From a virus: a DNA stretch of 64,000 nucleotides. A program made the position numbers and the translations under genes. Location of the stretch: positions 429-64,428 of IMG/VR virus record IMGVR_UViG_3300028138_000003, one strand, 5' to 3'. The notes below the pieces were generated by a model, which made no database searches, had not been told where the DNA came from, and saw nothing but the letters and a program-made list of their open reading frames with translations. This document shows positions 54,778 to 63,504 of this stretch, piece by piece (the first letter of the stretch is position 1; each line of letters opens with the position of its first letter).

Positions 54778-55750
54778 TTACAGCCAGTGGGGGTTTTCTA
54801 GTGTCCATGTGACAGTCTTGAATAAGGCCTGCTGGAACGTCGCTGGCGGTCGCCAGCCCATGCGCGCAAGTTTGCTACCGTCGAGCGCGTAACGCAAGTC
54901 GTGCCCGGGCCGGTTGCCGTCCCCGGTCAGCTCGTACCGCAAGCCCTCGCTCATGATGAAAGCGATGCTCTTGGCCAGCTCGGCGTTGTCCACCTCGCGC
55001 TCGCCGACGATATTGTACTTGTCGCCGGGCACGCCATTCTGCAGCACGAACAGCACCGCGTCGGCCACAGCCTTGGCGTGAATGTAGAACCGCGAGCCGG
55101 CCTTCGTGCGCTCCGGGTTGGAGTGGATCTGCACCGTTTCGCCGTCGCGGATCTTGCGGATGGTGCTCGGGATGAACTTCTCGGGGTGCTGCCGCTCGCC
55201 CATGACATTCATGGTGTGCGTGATCAGCGCGGGCACGCCGTAGGTATTGTGGAACGCGATCGCGAGTTCCTCGCCTCCAGCCTTGCTAGCACTGTAGGGG
55301 TTAGTTGACTTGTATCGATCCCATTCTTTGTAAGCAACGCCCGGAGGAGCGCTGCCGAAGACCTCATCAGTAGAGAAGTAGAGAAGCCGCCCGCAGCCAA
55401 CTTGTCGAGCGTAGTTAAGTAGGTTGCAAGTGCCAACGACGTTCTCTTCGACAAACGAGAGCGGGTCCGCGATGCTGCGGTCGACGTGCGTCGCCGCCGC
55501 GAGGTGGATGATGTGGTCAAAGGGGCCTCCTAGCTGGCTGACGAGCTGCCCGTTGAGCGGTGCGCGCAGGTCGTGATAGAAGAAGCGGACGCGCGGGTTC
55601 TTTACCGCGCCAACCTCGGCCAGGCGATTCAGATTGCCGGAGATGTCGAGGCGGTCGATCAGCGTCAGGTCCCAGTCGGTGTAGTTGAGCAGCTCCTCGA
55701 CGAGGTGGTGCCCGATGAAGCCAGCGCCGCCGGTGATAAGGGCTTTCATG
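54778..55750 (-). CDS. NAD-dependent NDP-sugar 4,6-dehydratase (RmlB-like)
   Basis: The internal ATG at 55750 gives a 324-aa product. Motifs MKALITGGAGFIGHH, STDEVFG and YSASK are present (Rossmann GxxGxxG, catalytic YxxxK). Confidence 0.75.
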
Positions 55751-56147
55751 CTGTGTTCCTCTCCCGCTTCTCGATGAGCAGCTGCAGCTCCGCGCGCAGG
55801 CGCCAGATGGCCTTGGCCAAGTGGTAGGTTCCGTCGGTGTCCATGATCTGGCCCGTGCCGTGATCGAAGATATGCCGGAACGCTTTGTTCAGGTGGTCCG
55901 TGCTCTTCTCGCGGGCCCAGTGCATCTTCGTGCCGGGGTTGTGCTGCTTGTTGCCTTCCCATGCGACGCGCACCTCCTCGCGGAACGACAGCGGGAAGTA
56001 CCCGAACATGTAGTCCCACATGGGGAGCCGCTCTCGCTCCGTGGGCGGCTTGGCTGTCGCCGGCTGCAGCACTGGCGGCTCGGTGCGGATCACGTTGGGC
56101 ACCTCGTCGTAAGCGCAGTCCAAGCACTTGTGCTCGCTCACTGCTTG
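55746..56147 (-). CDS. hypothetical protein, 133 aa
   Basis: GTG start overlaps the upstream stop (GTGA). The product begins VSEHKCLDCAYDE. Confidence 0.35.
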   Translation of the reverse strand, partial: QAVSEHKCLDCAYDEVPNVIRTEPPVLQPATAKPPTERERLPMWDYMFGYFPLSFREEVRVAWEGNKQHNPGTKMHWAREKSTDHLNKAFRHIFDHGTGQIMDTDGTYHLAKAIWRLRAELQLLIEKRERNTA

Positions 56148-56416
56148 CGCTCCATGGTGTCCTCGCCATCGGAGTAGAAGATCTTTGGCGTCTTGGTCTC
56201 GCGCGTCAGAGCGGTCACCATGGCCTCCGCGAACACTCGAGCGATCGTCTCGGGGGTGTAGATCTTGCCGGTGCGCAGCAGCCCGCCGATGTACGCCCCC
56301 TCGGCCACGATGCAGGCGAACAGCAGTCGCGAGTCGTGGACGAGCGCTAGTGGGCCTAAGGCGGCGCCAACGGCATCGCTGCAAGCCAGCAGCGCGTCTT
56401 GCTCAATATTGCTCAC
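56138..56416 (-). CDS. hypothetical protein, 92 aa
   Basis: ORF-track call. ATGA overlap with the phosphoesterase gene stop. Confidence 0.35.
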   Translation of the reverse strand: MSNIEQDALLACSDAVGAALGPLALVHDSRLLFACIVAEGAYIGGLLRTGKIYTPETIARVFAEAMVTALTRETKTPKIFYSDGEDTMERKQ

Positions 56417-57981
56417 AGTCGGTACTCCCCATTGATGTAGTTGATCAGGGTTCGCTTGGAATTCGCGTAGGTCAGAATGTCGCTGTTCAGCCAGCTGCTG
56501 GGCCCGATATTGTAGCCGAGGCGCAGGAAGGTCGACGTGCCGGCACGGAACGCGCCCTCGTCGATCTCCGGCGAGTGGCTGTGCCCGGTGTTCGACTTGA
56601 CGCCAATCCGGCGCAGGTTGCGCACGGTGCCACGGCTGCCATTGGGCCCGTGGTGGCCGTGCATACCGTGCTCGATATTGCCGATCATGCAGCTCTCATC
56701 GTACTCCAGCACCTTCACGTTTTTGGTTTTCGCGAAGCGCTGCTTGGCCCAGTAGATGAAGGCATTGAGCCTCTCCGCTTGGAAACCGTTACCCCGTGCG
56801 GCCAATCGGGCCAGCGCGAGAGCAGTCTCAAGATAGAATTCACGGTCATTGCTTCCAACCATGCGCCAGTCATTAGACTCGATCCACCGCTGGAGGAAGT
56901 CGTTGTGGTTGGAGGGGACGATGACCGACGTGATGTCCGACGGCGTGCGGAGCGCGACGTGTTCGAACGAGTCCCAGACTTCTTGGCGGACACTTGATGC
57001 TCCTAAGGCCGATCGCTCGATCGGCGCAAACGGGTTCTTCACGAGGTGGTGGTTGAACGCGTAGCCGTCAGTCAGGTCGTGCCAGACGCGGTGCCGCGGG
57101 CGCAGCGCGTTCACAAGCTCGCCCTGCAGCCGGTCGACCACCGGGTCGATAGCGCGGACGTGCGTGTCGCCGTGCGTGATGCTCAGCGGGCGATCCGCGA
57201 TGTCGACGCCTTCCGGCGTGCACCGCATTTCGAGGTCGTAGAAAGAGCCCTCTTTATCGGCATTAATTTGTCGTAGATGGAAGATGTTTCCGCGAACTTC
57301 AACGACAGCAGCACCGAGGGTGTGGTGGAATTCTCCAAGCTTCCCCGCCTTGCTGTCAGTGTAATTCGGTACGGTGCATGCGCCCGTAGTGGTGAGGATT
57401 TTGGGAAGTCTTCCTTGCGGAGCAGCAATTGTGCGGAGCTGAAGCTTGGTGTGCCCCAGAATTCCAGATTCGCCGGCCGTGATAGCTTCAAAGCCAGAGA
57501 GAGGCTGACTTGCCGTGGGCTGCGTCTTGACGTCACCTATCACCTCCATATTCTTGCAGAGCTTGACACGCACGTTGCAGAGATCGGCATCGGGCACGTG
57601 CCACACGTCCTCATTCTCTTGGCTCTTCGTCCAGCGCGACGTCGGGTTCTTGTACCGCGTCGGGATAACCAGGAGCTCGGCGCTGCGGAAGTTGCAGTAC
57701 TGCCGGAGCGAGGCGTAGAAGCCCTTGTGTACCGGCGTAGCGTTCTGCGCGCAGGTCACCACGAACACCTCGGCCTTGCCGCGGGTGCGCTTGAAGATCG
57801 GCTGCTTGCCCTTGGTGCGGCCGGCGAAGTCGCGCACTTTCACGATGTTGCTGGTTTGCCGGGTGCTGTAGCACAGCTTACGATCGCCGCTACCCTCGCG
57901 GCAGCGCCATGCGGGCTTGCCGTCCGGGGACCAGCGCTGCATGGGCTTGCCGCACTTTGGACACTTCGGTCTAGTCTTCAC
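56413..57981 (-). CDS. calcineurin-like metallophosphoesterase with N-terminal zinc ribbon
   Basis: N-terminus CPKCGKP...CREG. Metallophosphoesterase motifs ITHGDTHV, SNHNDF, GMHGHHG and GHSHSPE are present. Confidence 0.55.
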   Translation of the reverse strand: MKTRPKCPKCGKPMQRWSPDGKPAWRCREGSGDRKLCYSTRQTSNIVKVRDFAGRTKGKQPIFKRTRGKAEVFVVTCAQNATPVHKGFYASLRQYCNFRSAELLVIPTRYKNPTSRWTKSQENEDVWHVPDADLCNVRVKLCKNMEVIGDVKTQPTASQPLSGFEAITAGESGILGHTKLQLRTIAAPQGRLPKILTTTGACTVPNYTDSKAGKLGEFHHTLGAAVVEVRGNIFHLRQINADKEGSFYDLEMRCTPEGVDIADRPLSITHGDTHVRAIDPVVDRLQGELVNALRPRHRVWHDLTDGYAFNHHLVKNPFAPIERSALGASSVRQEVWDSFEHVALRTPSDITSVIVPSNHNDFLQRWIESNDWRMVGSNDREFYLETALALARLAARGNGFQAERLNAFIYWAKQRFAKTKNVKVLEYDESCMIGNIEHGMHGHHGPNGSRGTVRNLRRIGVKSNTGHSHSPEIDEGAFRAGTSTFLRLGYNIGPSSWLNSDILTYANSKRTLINYINGEYRL

Positions 57982-58192
57982 TGTCGGGGTCCTCGTCCAG
58001 AACGGACTGGCTTACGTCCCCCGTGATCTTGTAGCCCCGGGGCGCCTGAGGCAGCTCGGTGCAGAGCACACGGGAGGGATTGAAGGGGCCCGAGATCTGC
58101 TCAACCAGCCGGATGGCTACGTTGCGATTCGGGGCCACGGCGTAGTACGAAATCGTGTCGTCTTTCGTACCGACTTTCCAGTATTTGATCAT
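57971..58192 (-). CDS. hypothetical acidic protein, 73 aa
   Basis: GAGGAG RBS lies 8 nt upstream. Confidence 0.4.
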   Translation of the reverse strand: MIKYWKVGTKDDTISYYAVAPNRNVAIRLVEQISGPFNPSRVLCTELPQAPRGYKITGDVSQSVLDEDPDSED

Positions 58193-58214
58193 TCGGAACT
58201 CCTCGGCATAGAAT
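58185..58214 (+). promoter_or_regulatory. sigma70-like promoter for the lone plus-strand gene
   Basis: TTGATC (58185-58190), an 18-nt spacer, then TAGAAT (58209-58214). The ATG lies about 37 nt downstream. Confidence 0.45.
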
Positions 58215-58250
58215 ACGGGCTCACTTCTTCACCGTCAACAGGAGACAAAC

Positions 58251-58523
58251 ATGAAGGGTCTTTTCTTTATCGCGATCATTCCGCAGGGCAACCGTGCCAA
58301 CATCCAGACCGGGATCGTCAAGGACAAGCTCGGCGAGACTCATCTGCTTCTCGAATTCGATGGCAACAAGTTCAAGTACAAGCGCACGGTCCCCGTGGCG
58401 CAGCTTGAGGCCTTCTCGTTCTTCGACACGCAGGCTGAGCAGCGTCTCGCTGTCGATGAGCTGCTGGCGCAGAACCAGGCCGTGGCCGACGGGGGCATCG
58501 AACTCACCGACCTTACTCAGTAA
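58251..58523 (+). CDS. hypothetical protein, 90 aa, encoded antisense to the replication operon
   Basis: AGGAGA RBS lies 6 nt upstream. It has its own promoter. Its 3' end converges on the primase gene stop, overlapping by about 10 nt. Confidence 0.5.
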   Translation: MKGLFFIAIIPQGNRANIQTGIVKDKLGETHLLLEFDGNKFKYKRTVPVAQLEAFSFFDTQAEQRLAVDELLAQNQAVADGGIELTDLTQ

Positions 58524-61002
58524 CGTCGCTGTCGCGGGCAAGGCGTATTCCGAGGAACCCTCGATACGTCTTGCCCTTCTCCGTCCACCTGCCTTCACCT
58601 GTCGTGGGCAGGGCCTCTCTGACATTCTTCATGAACTTCCCCCGGGCGAATGCCTTGTGCCCGTTCTCGTGCACCCAGCCCTTGTAGGCTTGGTAGATAG
58701 ACTCTGTGGAGTCACTGAACGGCAGCTTGCCGGCGGGATCCTTCACGATCCGCTCCCGCACGAACTGCGCCAGCACGTCCTGCTCGGCGCGCAGGCGCGC
58801 GGTGTCCTTCAGCACGCTCGGCGGCGCGTTCAGCTCGGCGCGGTACCACTCGCGGGCCCCCTCGACTAGCCAGCGCAGGATGCCCGGGGCCTCGGCCTTG
58901 AGGGTGTCCTCCAGCTTGGCATCGCGGAGCTTCTGGTACTCGCCGGTGGCCACCTGCGCCGCGGTGCCGTAGCGCACGCGGTACCGCAGCAGCAGCATGC
59001 GGCGCCACATGCCGCCGTCGTCCCCGATGATCGTGGGCTCGTGGTTGGTGAAGATCTGCAGCTTGTGGGTAGGGTTGAACTCAAAGAACTCCTTGTGCAG
59101 GAACCGGGCGGAGAGCTTGTCGCCCCCGGTGAGCTCCTTGAGCTGGGCTTGGTCGAACTCCTCGTTCTGCTTGGTCTCGTTCAGGGTGATCATACGCTTG
59201 CCCACGAGGGCCGCCACGTCGTTCCGGATCTCTCCCTTGCCCGTGAGCAGGGACCGGGGCCCCATGGCCGCATAGGAGCCCAGAACGTGCCCTAGAACCC
59301 TCATCAGCGTGGACTTGCCGTTGCCGCCCTTGCCGACGTGGAACACCAGCGCCTGCTCGCGGCTCTCGCCGGTGACGCAGTAGCCCAGCCAGCGGCGTAC
59401 GAAGGCCACCACGTCGGGCTTGTCTTCGAATATCTCCGAGACGAAGGCTTCGAACCGGTCGCACTTTGCGGCCGGATCATAGTCGGTAGGCGCGCACGCC
59501 GTAATCAGGTCTGCCGGGTCGTGCGGCTTGGTCTCGCTGGTCTCGAGGTTGATCGTGCCGTTGCGGGCGTTGAAGAGCCGGCGATCGGTGTTCAGCAGCT
59601 CGCCGTCGACGTTCAGCAGCTTGCGCAGCATCTCGCGGCAGGCATCGAGGGCGGGCTTGTTGGAGCACTTGGTGGCCCACTTCAGCAGCCCCTCGACCTC
59701 GCCCTGCTGCTCGTCGGTCATCGTCGGGCCGTACTTGTCCGCGAGCGACACGGCCTCGGCTTTGATCATCAGAGGCAGTTTGGTAATTGTACGCCAGACT
59801 TCCCCTTCGTGAGTATCCAGCTTCCAATGTGATTCGTGCCAGATATAGAAGTTCCCCGCCACTGAAATGATGCGCTTACCGAAGGCTCGCTGGATTCGGC
59901 GAGCATTTTCGAGATCGGTACACGGGCCAACTCCTCGATCAATTGTGCTCGGGAGGCATTCCGCTGTTTCTGGAGCACTTCCGTCAGCGACATCTTCGAT
60001 GGCTGTAAATCCAACATTGAAGATTCCGTCGAACTCGGGGAGTCCGCTGCAGAAGTCGTGCATGGCCCGCGTGCTGGGGCGATCGCCAATTGGAGTATCT
60101 GCATCAAATTCATCAAGACGGCCAAAGCGGTGGAGTCGAACGAGATCGTAAGCGTTGTGTTGCCCGCGTGCTGGATCTGTGTCGTGGTGGGAGTGGAGTT
60201 TGGTGTCGTCGTCGTAGATGACGGCGCCATCCGCCCGGGAACCACCGGTGTAGGTCCATCGATCTTCGGAGGAGCCAGGCCCATACGGGAGGTCAAATCG
60301 CGCAATAGCCTCGGTAATTCGGAACGTCCGACAGAAATCTCCCACAAACCCGGGTTTATCAAGCGGGGATCCGACATCGTCCGTATTGTAAAGCTCGTCG
60401 TGATCGGCACGTCGGGGCCATTGGGACTTGTCTTTCCAGTCACTGTACTCTCCTAGGACTTTGTCGACGTCGAGGTACGGGCTCGTCGTGTCTTGCCAGC
60501 TTTGGAACGGCGCGTTGGTGCTCGCTGTGGGCCGGTACATGAACTGGCACGGCGTGTGGGACTCTCTGGCGGCGAGTTCAATTCCAGCACGGGCCGCAAC
60601 TCGACGAGAAACTGCTTGAAATTCCTCCGATGTAGCAGGACGTGAAAGTGGTATCCAAAGCCGGAGGCGTGGGCTAGCAGGAGTGTGTGACCAAGTGGTA
60701 TACGCGAGAAAGGCGGTGCCTTTGACAGCTCCAATAATCCGGTCGTGATCATCTGGGGTGATTTGGTCATAGTCCAGACTCAGGAAGTGGCGGGCCACGA
60801 AGTTTTCGGAATGCCTGTAGGCAGGCTTGAAGTGAACGCCGCAGACCCATCCGGCGCTCGCTTTGTCTTCGACGATCGGGACCTTGGTGATGATGGCCTT
60901 CACGAATTCCGCGAAGGTCCCCTCCCACTCCTTTGTCACCTCGGCAGGGTGCAGCTTGCCGATGCTGGCGCGCAGCTTCACTCCTGCTCCCTCAGTGGGC
61001 AC
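58513..61002 (-). CDS. primase-polymerase / SF3 helicase (P4-alpha-like primase-helicase)
   Basis: GTG start. N-terminal prim-pol region. C-terminal D5_N/helicase region with Walker A GKGGNGKST. Confidence 0.7.
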   Translation of the reverse strand: MPTEGAGVKLRASIGKLHPAEVTKEWEGTFAEFVKAIITKVPIVEDKASAGWVCGVHFKPAYRHSENFVARHFLSLDYDQITPDDHDRIIGAVKGTAFLAYTTWSHTPASPRLRLWIPLSRPATSEEFQAVSRRVAARAGIELAARESHTPCQFMYRPTASTNAPFQSWQDTTSPYLDVDKVLGEYSDWKDKSQWPRRADHDELYNTDDVGSPLDKPGFVGDFCRTFRITEAIARFDLPYGPGSSEDRWTYTGGSRADGAVIYDDDTKLHSHHDTDPARGQHNAYDLVRLHRFGRLDEFDADTPIGDRPSTRAMHDFCSGLPEFDGIFNVGFTAIEDVADGSAPETAECLPSTIDRGVGPCTDLENARRIQRAFGKRIISVAGNFYIWHESHWKLDTHEGEVWRTITKLPLMIKAEAVSLADKYGPTMTDEQQGEVEGLLKWATKCSNKPALDACREMLRKLLNVDGELLNTDRRLFNARNGTINLETSETKPHDPADLITACAPTDYDPAAKCDRFEAFVSEIFEDKPDVVAFVRRWLGYCVTGESREQALVFHVGKGGNGKSTLMRVLGHVLGSYAAMGPRSLLTGKGEIRNDVAALVGKRMITLNETKQNEEFDQAQLKELTGGDKLSARFLHKEFFEFNPTHKLQIFTNHEPTIIGDDGGMWRRMLLLRYRVRYGTAAQVATGEYQKLRDAKLEDTLKAEAPGILRWLVEGAREWYRAELNAPPSVLKDTARLRAEQDVLAQFVRERIVKDPAGKLPFSDSTESIYQAYKGWVHENGHKAFARGKFMKNVREALPTTGEGRWTEKGKTYRGFLGIRLARDSDVTE

Positions 61003-61133
61003 TGCTCGACCGGCGCCTTAGCGGACTCGGCTATCATGTTGCTCACGATCATGAGGCAGAGCCCCATGGCGAGCATCTGCAACGCGGTGAGGCACGCCCG
61101 CGCGAACGGGCGCTCATTGCTCGGCTCATCCAC
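60978..61133 (-). CDS. possible small membrane protein, 32-51 aa
   Basis: The frame contains LTALQMLAMGLCLMIVSNMIA. A GTG start would overlap the upstream stop. The 3' end overlaps the primase gene start by 27 nt. Confidence 0.2.
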   Translation of the reverse strand: MDEPSNERPFARACLTALQMLAMGLCLMIVSNMIAESAKAPVEQCPLREQE

Positions 61134-61362
61134 TCTTAGGCTCCAGTGCTGTCTCAGGAAGGCCCTTGTACAGTTTCTTCGCTTCCTTGTAGGCGCGGCG
61201 GAAGCACGGCAGCATGACCATGGGCGGCAGAGTGCCGTTCTGATCGCAGCGCCGCGGGCCGTACATGGCCCGGACTGGCTTGGAGGGCCCGTATCTAGTC
61301 TTGGCGTCGAGTCCCACTCCGCGGGCGATCTTGCGCAGCTTCTTGGCTAGTTTCGCGTTCAT
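61126..61362 (-). CDS. hypothetical basic protein, 78 aa
   Basis: ATG at 61362 with AAGGAAAG upstream. The product begins MNAKLAKKLRKIARG. Confidence 0.4.
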   Translation of the reverse strand: MNAKLAKKLRKIARGVGLDAKTRYGPSKPVRAMYGPRRCDQNGTLPPMVMLPCFRRAYKEAKKLYKGLPETALEPKSG

Positions 61363-61483
61363 TACGTCTTTCCTTGCGGGCCATACGGCGGGCGTGAGCT
61401 TGCTCTTCCCGGTGTCTGCGGTCAACTGCTTCGTCTTCCACCCAGTCGTGGGTACGGAAGTCGTGTCTGTCTCTGGCCATGTC

Positions 61484-61852
61484 TCATTTCCCGCACGGAT
61501 TGATTGACGGCTCGAGGCGCACGCAGTCTGCCGGCGCGTCCGAGGACGAGGCTTCGAAGATCCTCCCGCCCTGCTCCGACAGGCACCTCACACGGTGCGC
61601 GGTGCGCGGGTACAGCACGAGCGTGGCGCCGGGGCCAAAGGTCTTGCGGCCCTTGGTGTGCTTGTCGTCGAGCATCTCCCACGTGATCTCAAACTCGCCC
61701 TCCACGACGCAGAAGGTCTCGTGCTTGTGCTCGTGGTAGTGCTTCGATGACGTGTGCGGGCCGGTGTAGACCAGCATCTTTGCGCAGTATTCGTCATCGT
61801 ACAGGATGATTTCGTAGCCCCACATCTTGGGGACTTTCTTCCACGGTCTCAT
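61484..61852 (-). CDS. cupin-fold sugar isomerase/epimerase candidate (FdtA / WxcM-like)
   Basis: Cupin motif SKHYHEHKHETFCVVEG. About 120 aa. AAGGAG RBS. ATGA-coupled. Confidence 0.55.
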   Translation of the reverse strand: MRPWKKVPKMWGYEIILYDDEYCAKMLVYTGPHTSSKHYHEHKHETFCVVEGEFEITWEMLDDKHTKGRKTFGPGATLVLYPRTAHRVRCLSEQGGRIFEASSSDAPADCVRLEPSINPCGK

Positions 61853-62055
61853 GTCCGCTCCTTACTTCGTTGAATGAGCTGCTGGGCCAGCTGCTTGGTT
61901 GTCTCTTGGATTGCCGGGTTCTGATCTGCAACGTGCGTCGACTTGAACTCCCGCCAAGCCTCGATGAGGCTCTCCGCCCCGTAGCCGTGCTTCGGGATCC
62001 ACACCCTAAGATAGCTCAGGAAGACGACGATGTCGTCGTTGCAGAACTGTCTCAT
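61849..62055 (-). CDS. hypothetical protein, 68 aa
   Basis: ATGA coupling at both ends. Confidence 0.4.
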   Translation of the reverse strand: MRQFCNDDIVVFLSYLRVWIPKHGYGAESLIEAWREFKSTHVADQNPAIQETTKQLAQQLIQRSKERT

Positions 62056-62193
62056 TTCGCCCGGATCGCGTCGATGGCGCACCATACACCTACTGCGGCG
62101 CAGACTGCAGCCATTACGTGGTTCTGGTGGTATATGATCACCCCTGTGGCGAAGTTCATCATGGCAAGCGCTTTATCAGTTACGCGAGTCATT
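62052..62193 (-). CDS. small membrane protein, 46 aa
   Basis: The product is MTRVTDKALAMMNFATGVIIYHQNHVMAAVCAAVGVWCAIDAIRAK. TAATG coupling. Confidence 0.35.
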
Positions 62194-62407
62194 AGTGCAT
62201 CCTCGGTAGCAATTGTCCAGTTCCAAGGCACCGCGGGCAGCCGCTGCCCTTGCGCACCGTGGTCTTCTCGGCGATGCCCTCCTCGTCGCGCGTGCGCCGT
62301 GTGAGCGGCGCGCCCTCTGAGTCGAGCATGGAGTCGCATGTGGCCGCAGTGTATCCGATGCCTTGGCACTCGGGACACTCGGTGTGGGAGGCTTTCGTGG
62401 TTCTCAT
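62192..62407 (-). CDS. Cys-rich protein, 71 aa
   Basis: CPECQG and CPRCLG motifs (zinc-ribbon-like). ATGA overlap with the GT9 gene stop. Confidence 0.4.
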   Translation of the reverse strand: MRTTKASHTECPECQGIGYTAATCDSMLDSEGAPLTRRTRDEEGIAEKTTVRKGSGCPRCLGTGQLLPRMH

Positions 62408-63504
62408 GCCGGCGGACTCCATACAGGGGCCTTCCCCGTGTTCATACATTCTTGCAGGGCCGACCACACCCACTCGGGCTTGGTCTCAGTGGTGCACTGC
62501 GCCACCTGCGTCTGCTTGTTCTGCAGGCAGCCCTCGAAACCAGGCAGCAGCTTGTGGCATGCTGGGACTTCGTTAGCGCCGCGCCCGGGGCAGTGCGTGT
62601 TCGGCGCCCAGATGCTCGTGGTGTTGACCCAGTCACGGGTCAGGTTCTCGATCGTGCTGTGGGTCAGCAGGCAGATCTTCGGCATGGGGTAGAACGCAGA
62701 GGCCGACATCACGCCGGTCTCGGGCCCTACGACCACGTCGGCCGACTCCATCATGAGCATCACCTGCCGCATGGTGTACTTGCCCGCAGTCAGCCACATG
62801 CGTGGCCGGCCATCGAACCCCTGTTCTAACGGCGTGCAGGTCGCGTCGCCCACAGTCAGGACGCCCCACGACGGGTAGTGCCGCAGCACGTGCTCCCACA
62901 CCTTGTTGGCGTGCGGGTAGACCTTGTGCCCTCGGCTGCTGCCGGCGAGGTTCCACAGGATGTACTTCTCGATGCCGGCTTTCTTCATCTTGGCCAGCTC
63001 GCGCTGCCGCCACTCCTGCTCCTCGTCTGTCGAGTAGAACTTGAAGCTCGGCACGTATGCGCATTCCGCCAAGCGGTGCTGGTGCTCGAGGTAGTTGACA
63101 TTCATGAGCGCGTGGCGCGCCTTAGCCGGCCACACGAAGCGGATGTTGCCCGGCATGGCCAGCAGGTTGGCCTCCACCGACTCGGTGAGGTTCACCCACT
63201 TGTCGAATTTCTTGCCGCCCGGGGCGCCGTAGTTCTCAAACCAAGGCCAGAAGAGGCCGAGGTGCGCCATGGGGACTTGGTTGATCGTCTGCACGACGAG
63301 CCGGTCGATCGACGGATCGTGGATCACGATCTCGTGGCTCGGGTGCTGCGACACGAGGGTCACGTGGTACCCGTCTTTCTTTAGCTGCGTGATGATGCTC
63401 ATCGCCTGCGCGACGTCGCCGAAGGCACCGTAGCGCACGACGCACGCTGTGGGCAGCCCCTGCGGGTTTTTCTTTTCTTTCCAGCTGAATCGTTGCGTAC
63501 TCAT
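62404..63504 (-). CDS. GT-B glycosyltransferase, family 9-like (heptosyltransferase-type)
   Basis: The C-terminal region MESADVVVGPETGVMSASAFYPMPKICLLTHST resembles the GT9 donor-binding motif (D-SG..HLA.A.G.P...LFG). TGATG-coupled to the C-methyltransferase gene. Confidence 0.6.
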   Translation of the reverse strand: MSTQRFSWKEKKNPQGLPTACVVRYGAFGDVAQAMSIITQLKKDGYHVTLVSQHPSHEIVIHDPSIDRLVVQTINQVPMAHLGLFWPWFENYGAPGGKKFDKWVNLTESVEANLLAMPGNIRFVWPAKARHALMNVNYLEHQHRLAECAYVPSFKFYSTDEEQEWRQRELAKMKKAGIEKYILWNLAGSSRGHKVYPHANKVWEHVLRHYPSWGVLTVGDATCTPLEQGFDGRPRMWLTAGKYTMRQVMLMMESADVVVGPETGVMSASAFYPMPKICLLTHSTIENLTRDWVNTTSIWAPNTHCPGRGANEVPACHKLLPGFEGCLQNKQTQVAQCTTETKPEWVWSALQECMNTGKAPVWSPPA

